Assembly (NCBI GenBank): GCA_965153355.1
Contig: OZ231126.1
Span: forward strand, 47,306,001-47,370,000
Direction: 5' to 3'
DNA from: Flaccisagitta enflata
Taxonomy: Eukaryota
Length of the DNA stretch: 64,000 nucleotides
The notes beneath the pieces are model-generated. The model saw only the letters and a list, made by a program, of their open reading frames with translations, ran no database searches and was not told the origin of the DNA. Shown in pieces: positions 1-12,500 of this stretch. Numbering within the stretch: position 1 is the first letter of the stretch; every line of letters starts with the position of its first letter. Made by a program: the position numbers and the translations under genes.

Positions 1-1088
1 AAATTGGTAACCGTTTTGATTTTCTTCCCCATATAGCCGAATTTTGCCAAAGTTACATAAAATTGCCTAAGTCTGCAAAATTGTGCCCATTTTGCCAAAT
101 TCTGCTTAATTTGCTAAATTAAGCAAATTTTACCGAATTACCAGATTTTGCTAAATTTACCAAATTTTGCCAAATTCTGCAAAATTTTGTCTGATTCTGC
201 CGACGGACGGAGGAGGAGAATTTCCTGATGTGTGAAACCACAGGTCATCAGCCCCTTTGAAGCCGCTGCCCTGCTCCCTCCCTCAACTTCAATCCCAACC
301 TACTTAGGCAGGGCGCGGGTACCGCTGACCATCTAACGCTTTTGCGACTATTGGTACTACCAAAATTGTGTGCTCATCAATGTTTCTTTTCTAGTTGCGA
401 ACACGCAACTCAAAGAGGCTTTATCCGTCTGTCCATCGGTCTGTGGGTCCGTCCATGATGATCGAGTCAGAAAGTTTGAAAACGCGCATTTGTAATGCTA
501 CACATGTTTCTCCGAGTGTGAGCATGGGGTAGGGGAGGACATGGATGGTGGTTGTGTGCCCCTGCCCACCTGTCCGCGACAATATTGTGACCCAGCGTCA
601 CTTGTTCTGTTATCCTACCCTTTGATTTCTTTCCCCATTTCCAAATCCTTTGATTTTATTGCCCCCCAGCGGGAAGGGGGGGGGGGAATGGTGGGAGGGT
701 ATGCAACAATATACAGGCCTGTCCGCCTGTGTTAAAATCTAACAAACCAGCCAATTACATTCTATCACGGTTTTAAGTCTTCAGGTTAAAGACTGTACAC
801 TGAATGGTGTAAAGATTGTTAGCGTGTTATTACCCAAATTTACTTCTTTGATGTAAAACACTGTATGCAGGAGTAATGATCCAAAAGCAGTACCTGACAC
901 CTGTGAAGAGAAATCAAATCTTCTAAGTCGCACAATACGACTGACGTATACAATTTTACACATCAATAATGATGTCATCAATATAAACACCCCCTAAGCC
1001 CCAGATAGCTCTACAAAATGAATCACCATGCAACGAAAAACAGCGCGCGTCTAGAACTAGAAGAGCTGGTTGATCATTCTCGCAAATG

Positions 1089-4000
1089 TCATTTTTGACT
1101 AAAATTTGGAACGGGAAGTTTGCTAGGAGATACACTGGGTTTTAAAAGGGGTGGCAGGGCAGCCATGTCTTTGGGTTTGGCTGGCGGAGGCGCGGCATCC
1201 GTGGAAGACGCCTCGCTCTTTTCATCGGGGATGGAAATGACTGTGGATGACGAAGCGGCGTCGACGGCGCCGGTGGACGATGCGCGTTCGAAACTGGCGT
1301 CGGAAGCGGCGGCAGGCGGCGTTGTCGCCTTCTCACTCGACGACGTCGTCGCCTCGTCGTCATCCATAGAAGGCCACGAGGGAGTCGATTCCTCCATTTT
1401 GCTCAAACGCTCGTTCAGCGCCTATAGGAAGAAAAGAACAGCACGGATAAATGCGACCATTCTGATGGGTGAATGCGTCGCGTTGGGACGGAAAAATCGG
1501 GCCAATAACGCACTGCATTTCGCATTTGTTTTATTTTTTCAGAAATGCGAAAAACTCTTGTACAGCACAGTTTTTATGTATGTTTTTTTTTATATGGTGA
1601 CTAAGAATGACTTAAAATGACCTAAAATGACCGAGTCACTGTTAGTCATTCTGAGTCACTTTAAAGTCATTCCAAGTTTGGTTGAAGTCTGGTCTAAGTC
1701 TGGTCTAAGTCTGGTCTAAGTCTGGTCTAAGTCTGGTCTAAGTCTGGTCTAAGTCTGGTCTAAGTCTGGTCGAAGTCTGGTCGAAGTCTGGTCGAAGTCT
1801 GGTCGAAGTCTGGTCGAAGTCTGGTCGAAGTCTGGTCGAAGTCTGGTCGAAGTCTGGTCGAAGTCTGGTCGAAGTCTGGTCGAAGTCTGTCTGAAGTCTG
1901 GTGAAGTCTGGTCAAGTCTGGCCGAAGTCTGGTCAAGTCTGGCCAGTCTGGTCGAAGTCTGGTCGAAGTCTGGTCAAGTCTGGCCGAAGTCTGGCCGGGG
2001 TCTGGTCGAAGTCTGGCAAGTCTGGCCGAAGTCTGGTCAAGTCTGGCAAGTCTGGCCGTGGTCGAAGTCTGGCCGAAGTCTGGCCGTCTGGTCGAAGTCT
2101 GGTCGAAGTCTGGTCGGGTCTGGCCGAAGTCTGGTCGAAGTCTGGTCAAGTCTGGTCAAGTCTGGTCGAGTCTGGTGAAGTCTGGCCGAAGTCTGGTCGA
2201 AGTCTGGTCAAGTCTGGTCGAAGTCTGGTCGAAGTCTGGTGAAGTCTGGTCGAAGTCTGGTCGAAGTCTGGCCGGTCTGGTCGGCCCTGGTCGTCTGGTC
2301 GAAGTCTGGTCGAAGTCTGGTCGGAAGTCTGGTCGGGTCGGGCCGGGCCCGTCGGTCTGGTCGAAGTCTGGTCGAAGTCTGGTCGAAGTCTGGTCGAAGT
2401 CTGGTCGAAGTCTGGTCGAAGTCTGGTCGAAGTCTGGTCGAAGTCTGGCCGGTCTGGTCGAAGTCTGGTCGAAGTCTGGTCGAAGTCTGGCCGAAGTCTG
2501 GTCGAAGTCTGGTCCGGTCGTGGTCTGGTCGGTTCGGTCAAGTCTGGTCAAGTCTGGTCGAAGTCTGGCTGAAGCCCGCTGAAGTCTGGTTGAAGTCTGG
2601 TTGAAGTCTGGTTGAAGTCTGGTTGAAGTCTGGTTGATAAAATGATACAATAAGGAGTCGGGTAAATTCAGTTATATTTGTCTCGCACGCGACTTATAGG
2701 TGTTGGCCTTGTTTTACCTCAGAGGGGGTGTACGCCGCCAATGTTTGGGGTAGAATTTCTCAAGAAAGGGAGCGAAATTAAAAAATCGCCTCTATGGCAT
2801 AAATTGTAGTATTGTACTGTGACAAACTACAGAATGATACTCTATATGATCCTGTGGAAGTTTTGTCATGAGCTGTAGGTAGGGGTGCTAACCTTTTTTT
2901 ACGGTTTTTATAATCTTCACGTTGTATCACATGTGGAAGTGTAAGCGTCCTAACTTCAATGGAATGTAAAATTAAGTTGATATTCTTAATCTACACTTTT
3001 TTAGGGCTAGTGTGCAAAAAATTAAAGACGGTTATTTTCTTTTCAAAACTCTTAAAATTGAGCTTTTGGTCCAGCGGATACTTGACAAGAGAGTTTAAAA
3101 AGAAAGCTAACTCATAGACATCATACCTTGAGGGCAATTTGCCTCCTTCGCTCAGCATCTTCCGCGTTCGTTCCGGGGAGACTGACGGTAATGGAACCGG
3201 ATGGAGCCGCCATGTTGTATCGATGAACTTGACGTTTGCAAATTTTCATGCGGACGAGAAGACTGAAAAATGTGTTAGCAACGACGGCGACAAACGGATA
3301 TATCGGTTCCGGAAAGAAGGAAGCGAACATAAAATGATCCGCGGAATCGCCGGTAGTTTTGTTGTTATGCTTTTGGTAAAATCGCAAATAAGTCCAACTC
3401 GTCATCAAGCCCATACCGAACAACCTAAAGGGATGTCGTTGAATGTTAAATTAAAATCATGAGCCAACGGATAGCGTAAGTGCCGGTTTGCAAAGTTACT
3501 TCCCGCGCTAACGTATCCAAGACTATCAATAACCGACAATGCGCAAACCCGCATTGAACACAAACATACTTGATTCTATGAATTTTTTTTTGGCAGTGCA
3601 AATAAATATCAGACTTCCAAAAAGTTAAAATCCATTTTCTGAGCTCTAATTAAACTTAGTCTCGAAATGCGGATACAACTCACCAAGGGTACGTCCCAGA
3701 AACGCCCCCAAAGATGTTAACAATGATGGCGAGCAGCAGAACCAAAATCGGCACGTGACGATTTCGAATTTTACCCAGTGGAAGATTCAGAAGAACGTGA
3801 TCGGGCATGATCTGAAAGAATGAAATTGCCGAATCAGATCAAAGCGCATCTCTAAAATTTGCTTACGGCTCACTGCTAGTGCCTCGCATATAATTCCTTA
3901 AGCCAGAAGCTGCTATCCTGATAGTAGGATGTATGTACTCTCGCCGATATAAGAAGGGAAAGGTTTCTGGCACTATTTTATTAATTTTTTTTTACATTCA

Positions 4001-4984
4001 CATCACTTCTAATTGAACTTAATTTGTTTGTATAGCGGAGTGTTGTGGTGTGCAGAGATAGTTGTTAAATGAGGCCTGTATAAAGTTGAGTATTTCCCCA
4101 TTTGAAGGGTTAGGAGATGGAGAAGAAAATCAAAGGGATGAGAAGAAAAAAAATTTTAAAAAGATTTTACACTTTTGGCTGTTCTAAAAGAAAGTATTTG
4201 ATTACAACACTATTTTACACTTTTCTGACCATAATTTTACTATATGCTATATACTATATGCTATATACTATATGTATTTATACTCTATAGGGTAGAAAAA
4301 TAAGGAAATCAAACAAATTTTTGACTAAGCAGGGAAGGAAAGCTAAGACCAGGGGGGAAGAAATCAAAAGCCGCTCAACTTTATACACCCCAGAGTTGTT
4401 TGTATGATTGTCTACATCGTCCCTCTGTACATCGTTTTTTGTTTCCTGTACAATAAATCTTTCATTCATTTCATCCATTCAATGGCACGGCATTTCAAAT
4501 ATTATCGACCTAGACAGTTCTCTACCTGTTTTACGGCGACGGAAAAGGCAGCGATGTATCCGGGTAAGCCGTGAATTCGAATTTCGAACAAGAAAGACGG
4601 GTCGAAAGTCAATCCATACAGCATAACGTAGATAAAACTGGTGGCTATACCGGCGACGGTGTTCACGAGTAAATAAAAGTTAATCATTTCTATGGTGCCC
4701 CAAAGAGGCTCAAGCAGTTTTCCGTACAAGTTGATGATGATGATGTCGACTAGCGCGTGCCACCAATGAGTTTCCATGAAGGAGTGGGTAGCGAACGTCC
4801 AGATGCGAAATTTGGGCGGGAAGAAGAGTCCCGGGCGTACGCAGAAGGCGTCGATCGCAGCGGAGCTGAAGGAGAGAGCGTAGCAGACGATGATAACGCA
4901 TGATAGAATACGAACGAAGGGAGACGTCGACGCAAAGGCGGCGCCCACTTGAGCACGGACGTAAGGAAAGTTGCGACGAATCAT
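1089..4984 (-). CDS. TMEM115: Transmembrane protein 115 (Golgi rhomboid-like/DUF1751 family); 4 exons, ~405 aa
   Basis: Exons 4984-4526, 3811-3684, 3424-3127 and 1421-1089 join in frame via GT-AG introns. Recognisable motifs: GKLLEPLWG..EM, IHGLPGYIAAFSVAVKQIMPD, SWTYLRFYQ.H..GD.ADHF.FASFFP, DAERRRQIALKALNERL. Confidence 0.95.
1676..2637. repeat. 11-bp minisatellite (GAAGTCTGGTC and variants) in TMEM115 intron 3
   Basis: Directly visible tandem array with variant units; it generates the repetitive ORFs at 1760-2650. Confidence 0.95.
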
Positions 4985-5147
4985 AGCGTTCTGTTATCTT
5001 CATCCAGTCCCAACAGGATAATAGAGATAAATCGATCACCCTCGGTATTTAATCGTTTATGTATCACAAGAGCATATCATTTCGTCCCCAAATTTCGAAA
5101 AAGCGTACGTGTTGATCGCGATTTGCCATATTGATTCACTGAAAGGT

Positions 5148-5540
5148 TGACAAACGCACAAAGTGTACCCTACGTCCCATGAAGCGCCCCAAACTTTGAC
5201 TATGGCTCTTACCAATCTTACCACAGTTGAGGCTTGGTAAAAAAACATTCCATGCAAAATTTTGGGCCTCTGAGATAGCAGGAACCTTTGTCAGGGTGAG
5301 GTTGAAGTTTGTATTGAATTAGCATTGGAATCAATATTTCTATTATGCAAATTTTGTCTCTGCCATAGGTTTCTATGGAAACTTCATGGTCACCCTGACA
5401 AAGGTTCCTGCTGTTCCAGAGGCCTGAAATTTTGCATGGGATGTTTTTTTACCAAGCCTCAACCATGGTAAGATTGGTGAGAGTCAGCGTCAAAGTTTGG
5501 GGCGGTTCATGGGACGTAGTGTACCCTTGATAAGTTGTCA
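5148..5540. mobile_element. Palindromic MITE between BTBD9 and TMEM115
   Basis: ~150-bp inverted arms (CTACGTCCCATGAA...GCAGGAACCTTTGTCAGGGTGA / TCACCCTGACAAAGGTTCCTGC...TTCATGGGACGTAG); no coding capacity. Confidence 0.8.
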
Positions 5541-5948
5541 GACAAAGCGTAGGTACACCTCAACGGCATAGGGTCCCTACATCATAAGACAAAAGGAAAA
5601 GACGAGCAATAATCTCAAACCATGCATAGCGAGACGGCATTTAAAATATAACTTGCGCGGTTAGCTCCACAGCAAAGCACAGCTGCATACTAGTGCATAG
5701 TTACAAATCGACAGGAGAATAAGACAAGCGTAATGCCCAAGATGACGAATAAATCTGTCATTCCTCACAGAGGACAGTCAACCGACCGAAATAAAAACTC
5801 ATATCCACACTTTCTTAGGACTACAAATAGAATGAACGATATCACGAGGTCCGTAAATAGAGGTAAATAAATAAAAGGTTTGCTCCGTTAATAGCATGCG
5901 TTATCGCGACAATACCATTGTACCGCAAAAGTTTCCATTAAAGCGTGC

Positions 5949-7902
5949 CTACTCATCTTCCCTCGGTAAGTCTTCTTGCGCATTATCCTCGGCGTCATTC
6001 AGCGGCATCACGCCCTCGATCGGCTCTGGGAAGACGTCGTTTACCACTACGCCTTCCATTCCACTTCCTTCTCCACCCGCCGCATTCATCCTGGCTGCTT
6101 CCACGTCGTCTTCACCCCAAACCGCGCCCGCTCCTTGGAAGCTGCCGCCGCTGTTTTGGCTGAGGCTCCTCGCCGCCGTAGAATGGCGTATAACGCCACC
6201 CCTGCTCGGCGACACGCTGACGCCGCGAGGTGGTAGCGGCGGGGCATTCCCAGAAGTCGCCGGAAGGAATGGTCGTGGCGTATTCGTCGCCGAGAGGTCA
6301 TAACCCATCATTTGCAGCGACGGTGGTTGCTGCTGCTGCTGCGGCACCACCGCCGTCGACGACGAAGATGAAGAGGCTACTGGATTAAAGAGAAAGCCGA
6401 AATCGTTGGCGCCCCCGATCATCTGCGGACGAGGTTGATGATTGCGCGGATAGCCTGGGTGACCGGGATGGCCGTGCCCAGGAGTTCCGCTCGGATGAAC
6501 ACCACCGCGGGAGGATGAAGCGGCGCTGTGTGTCGAGGCGTTAGAAGCGGTGTCGTTGTCACGAATAGGCGGTAGGGCAACAGCGAAACCATCGACTGAT
6601 GAAAAAGAGGGAAACAATGAAATCCATCGTCATCAGCAATAATTGAATTTGCTTCAGCTGTTGTTCAAAGATGACTTTCTATAAGGAAATGGTCGCGTGC
6701 ACGTCCTCAGTATGCAGAGGCAGCGATAAAAAGCTATCCAAGCATGGGCAGTGATGCGAAAAGCTGATCTACGACGACGGAAAAAGGAGAAGTAATAACG
6801 CTCGATCGACCTAGGAATGGAAATGGAAATCGCATCGATGGTTGTGATGGAGACTGAAATAATGTCGACCAAGTAAAATGCTTTGATACTACGCGAATAA
6901 AAAAAAAAGCCGCACTTTTAAATGGCAATTTATCATATCAAACTTTAAAATAATCTAACAAAATCTTAGACCATTTTGAAGATCTCAAAAAGATCTTTGA
7001 TTTGGCTCCAATTATTTGTTGATTTGGCTCCAATTATTTGTTTAGATATATAATAAAAAAAAGTAAAAACATTGCCACTTTCAGTTTTGCAATCCTATAT
7101 ACAAATAAGCATTTTTGCAAAAGAGAGGTTCACTTTGGCAAGCTCTATCTCCTAAACGGTTTAAGATACAGACCTGGGATTGGTCTAGAATGAAAGAAAA
7201 TTCAAAAATCTTTAAAATCAGTTGAACAAAAAAATTTTGAATTAATTTCTGGTGTCTCATCCACCTAGCCACAAAAGGGTGCGGCTTTTTTTTTTATTCG
7301 CGTAGTAATTTAAGATGATAGTGAAAGTTTTAAAACAATATCGATTGAAAATACATAAGATAGCACAGCAAGTCTTGTCGTATTTTCGTCTTGTCTGTAA
7401 TGAACGCTCATGATAAAACCATGAGAAACATGCTAACACGGGCTTACTGCAGTCATACCAGGTCCGCCGCCGACTTGCATGAAAGGTAGCTGATTAACGC
7501 CGGCTGCTGACACGCTCGCTGTTGAAGTAGATGGCGCAGCGGTCGATGAACTCATGGCTACTGAAGGTGTCGCGGTCGTCGTGGTCGTCCCCGTGGCTTC
7601 AGGTAGCTCGGACGATGGCGCAGGACACTCGAAGTGGACGCAGTGAAATACTTCGTTGGCGGTGTTGTGAGTGCCGACGATCTTGATATAGCACACGGGC
7701 CGAGGCGGGAATGTGATGGTTTGCCAACTTTGACATTTCTCGTTTCTTCTGTCAACGACGCGATGCCACTGCAAATGATCCGTCGAAACGTCGATGTAGT
7801 AGGAATAAGAACGGTCGTCGCAATCCCACAAGAGCAACCGAATGCTCCCGATAAAATACGGCTGTGGAAGCTGGACGACGATCGCACCTGGAGAGAAATG
7901 AA

Positions 7903-7981
<79 letters not shown>

Positions 7982-9468
7982 GAAAAAGAAAACAGTTATC
8001 AAAATTTTTGAGTAAAACTTAAAAGGGCCATAACATCTGTAAAAGATCAATTGAGCTGATTTAAAAAAAAACTATATAAAACTATATTAAACTATATAAA
8101 ACTATATAAAACTATATAAAACTATATAAAACTATATAAAACTATATATAACGATGTAAAACTATATAAAAGTATATATAAAAGTTTATAAAACTATATA
8201 AAACTATATAAAAGAATATAAAACCATATAAAACCGTATAAAACTATAAAACTAGATAAAACTATATAAAAACTATATAAAACTATATAAAACTATATAA
8301 AAACTACTACTTAGGAAAAAAGTCTTCGTTCACTTGATAAGGATGTTCATTTACTGAATAGATATCAATTGGATCAGGGTTTTCTCCTTTTCAGTACCTC
8401 ATCTGAGGTCTCGCTTAGGCTATGACTGCTTCCATTTGACTTAGTGACAGTTTTCTCAGTTCTAAAATAAGTTATGCCAAGACATGTCACTGAAGATTTT
8501 AGCGTGAATATTTACCAGCCATTCAGTTGATATCATTAATTCCTTCTGTTTTGGAAGCTTAATTATAGGCAAAATGTTGTGAAATCGGGACTTGATGGGA
8601 AACTCATATGGTGGTTGATAAAAAATTCCATAATGAGTTAGTAAATCAACGAAAACAATGTTATGACTGGTATGTTGATAAGTGCGCTTTCCAAAACAGA
8701 TTCATCTCTGATTTTTCTGCATTTTCAAAAAAGAGTAATCAGTTTCAAATCACTCTCATTTCTAAACGCTCTGAGCCACAAGAATGGGATTGATCCCAAA
8801 TGGTAGAACTTTTGAAGCAGTTTTTGAATCTCACCGGTTTTCCCTACTTATCATTACTAGAGGTGTATTTATTATTACTTATAGGTGAACGAAGACTTAT
8901 TTCCTAGGTAGTATATAAAACCATATAAAAACTATATGGCTTGTGCAACAATTTATCCTATATAAAACTCATCAGTTAATCAAAAGGAAACATAAATTGA
9001 ACAAAATTTGGAAAAGATATGGACATTTATATAGTGTAAGCTTCCATTACATACACATACATACCTAATCTGTGGTCTTTTGAAACACTATCAAATTTAC
9101 TTAGGCATATAAAACTATATATATAAAAATTAGGCATGTTCCAAGGGACAATATGTCCTTCGGAGGGAGGGGAGGGGAATTATTTTGTCCCTCCCCCGAA
9201 GGGAGCCGAAAGACCCGAATGTTTTGCTTTATCAATAATACTACTTCATTTCAGGTTGGAAATAGCGGGCATACGCCAGAGGAGAGAGCCAAAACAGTTT
9301 TAGATCACTTTCAGAAAGTTTATTTATGAAAGGAAACCTAGGAAATAAAATAAGTAACTAAGGTCTTACAACTGATACGTTATAATACGTTATACGTTTT
9401 AATCCATTTCTTTTAAAACAAAACTGAACCCGGGCTAATAATCTTGGACATTCAGGTGGACAGGCTTG

Positions 9469-9541
<73 letters not shown>

Positions 9542-12500
9542 TTTTCTCTCTCTCTCTCCATTCTTCAATGATGTCAACGCAAATGTTGCCAGACTTGTAA
9601 TTAACCCAGTCAGAAGTGATTATCAGGCCTGGTCACTATTGGTGTGTCTCTTTTATTTTTGTCATCTCATACTTTATAAAAAAATCGTGCAAATGAGCGT
9701 TCTCAGCATTCTTTTTACCTCTTCGCTTTCGATCCTTCCACCAATTTATCATTCATTCGTTCATTTATTTATTAATTCATTTATTCATTCATCCATCCAT
9801 TCATTCATTCATTCATTTATTCATTCTTTCTTTAATCGCGAGACAAATATTGGCGTAAACTCGGCCTTTTTCTTTATCTTTTCCATTAGGCGTTTAAAAG
9901 TGTGACACTGAAATTTCAACTTCATTTGATAAATCAATGTTTCTTTTTTCAACTGAGTAAAAAAAGTCAATTTGTGTGCCTGGCCTAAAAATGTTTGAAT
10001 GAACATTTTGGACAAATTAATATTTTTGATGATTGCGGGCATGTATGGATAAAAATTGGAAGTGAATGTAAATGAATGAAAGTGAATGAAAGATGATGAA
10101 AGTACAGCTAAACCCCGCTCAAAGGGATTTCAGGGGACTAACAATTTTATTCTGTTATACGCCAAATTCTGTTGCCAATAAAAAAAATAAAAAAAATAAG
10201 TTGAAGGGACCATAAATTTGCAGCTGTTATAGGCGGATTTCCGCTGGTTGCGGGTCCGTTAGAGTGGGGTTCAACTGTAAATGAAAGTAAATGAAAGTAG
10301 GAAGGTTGCAAGAATAAAGGACGCCAGGATTGGCTGTTTTGCGCTGTTTTGACATTTGCGTGATAGACTGACAGATCAACCAACTGAGGGACAGACATCA
10401 CTTCTTTTGCGAGGACGCACAAAGAAATAAAGTCGAATTAAGCTTAGCCTAACTCATTTTAGTCGCGGACACGCGATTCTACACCTTAACGTGTTGGTCC
10501 ATCTGTCCATCCGTCGGTAACATATCTAAATTGTGAGCGTTTTTTTGGCATTACTGCTCCTGCCCAACCATCCGCGACTGGATTGCCTTGTATCCAGCCT
10601 TGTTGATATGAACAGTTTTTTTTAACATGGCATCAAAACGCGCTAAAAATAAAAACGTTGTAGTTATTTCATTAATAGCTATGTTTTGAAGGCAAAAATG
10701 TACAAAGTATGGTAAAACTACCTTATTTACCGAGCACGCTCTTTTCCTGTCGGGCACACTAAAATTTTGTGGGGCGTGCCCTGCATGCACGCTTAGATAA
10801 AATACTAATTTCAGGGCTGGTGATAATCATTTTTAATTGAATCTGAGTTCCTCTGATCGTTCGACTGACCAATCATATCATTATCACTATCATAACAATT
10901 TTTCCAGTCGCTCATACTATTGTTTAGCAAGGGGCCATATCATCCGCCACTTTTTCTTTCTTATGCTTTTTGTCATTATGTCATGTATCTGATGAATGTG
11001 TAAGCTTCTGTCACTTATTTTTGCCGACGTGATAAAACGGGTATGAAAATTTATTTGGACTTTTTTTAAAGAAGATATTTTCAAGGATTTTTAGGTGCGA
11101 CAAAGCACCTCTTTAACTGGCTCTGTCCAGTGGTCGTTTGGTTGGTTGGTCGGTCGGGTAACACATTCGTTTGACGATCCACACATCGCACCTTATTGGC
11201 CTTGTTGAAAAATCTTTCAATCTAGACTAATCCCAGTTCTGTACCTCTAATGGTTTAGAAGCTAAAGCCCACCTAAGAGAAGCACTGATTTGCTAAAATG
11301 CATTTTTATAAAAGGATTGCAAAACTGAAATGGGCAATGTTTTTACTCTGTGTAAGCAAAAGTCGGAGTGGGAAAACTAGCGTTAAAAAATTATGCTTTT
11401 TGTAATTGAGCATGCCGATGGGGGGGGGGGGATGGGGGCGCATGAGGTGTGGATGGGGAAAGGCATGTCTGCATTGAATTTTTATCGCAAATTTCGTGAA
11501 ATTATTATGAAATTTTTTTTTTTCTACAGTTTTAAAAGGTTGATTGATACATTTAAAGTAGATAATAGTACTGTTCTTGTTATTAAGCCAGTTGCCAAAA
11601 CATTCGGGATAATTCGGAGGAATAATGAAATCATTTGTGGGAATCCGAAACAACAGAAAAAATGTATTATTTGTCCGAAATATTTCGGACATCCGAAAAT
11701 TCCCTCCATGCCTAAAAATATATATAAAACTATATAAAACTACATAAAAACTATATAAAACTATATAAAATTTTTGGGTAAAACTTAAAAGGGCCATAAA
11801 ATCTGTAAAAATAGATCAATTGAGCTGATTTAAAAAAAACACTATATAAAATTTTCTACCCGATCTATTTAGATAGGTTAGAACTTTGAAAAATGAAGTC
11901 TTGATGAAGTCGCAATTTTAAGTTTTAGAGACGCAAACATTTTCACTCAATAGAGCAATCTTAAATTCCTGTGTTGTGTAAGGTGTTGGACCTAATCACC
12001 ATATCCAATACCAAAAAGTCACCCAAAATGACAATTGTTGAAGTTGTGAAAAACTTTATCACAACCTATCAGTTATCGTATCAGTATCGGTAAGGATTAA
12101 AGTTGTGCTGATGCTGCTGTTGCTGCAGCAGTTCTGGAGAAACATCCCCCAAAAACCCCATTGACTGGCGCAACTCATAGCATGATCATCACTACTTAGA
12201 TCCCAGAAGTGACATTAATATCCACTTGTGGCCCGATTTGCCACTAGCCCGATCTGCCCCACCCTCCCCTATCTTTATAAATCCTTACCTGAGCCAAGCT
12301 GATGACAGGTATAACCAGAATCCCAATCGTACTCGTTCATGACGCCATTGATCAAAGCGTTGCGCGATCTGGACACTCCTTCAGTCACCGTGGCCCAATT
12401 TTCAACGGTGGCCACGTTGTCCGTCGGCACTAGGATACCATTTTCCAGCGAGAACTCTTCTTCCTTGAAGAAGGCTTCGAAGGAGACGACGTGAAAGACG

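Noticed and set aside
1760-2650. Repetitive ORFs (RLRPDFDQTST / SGRSLVEVW) and CRISPR-like periodicity
   Set aside because: Translations of an intronic 11-bp minisatellite; no unique spacers, no cas genes, eukaryotic context.
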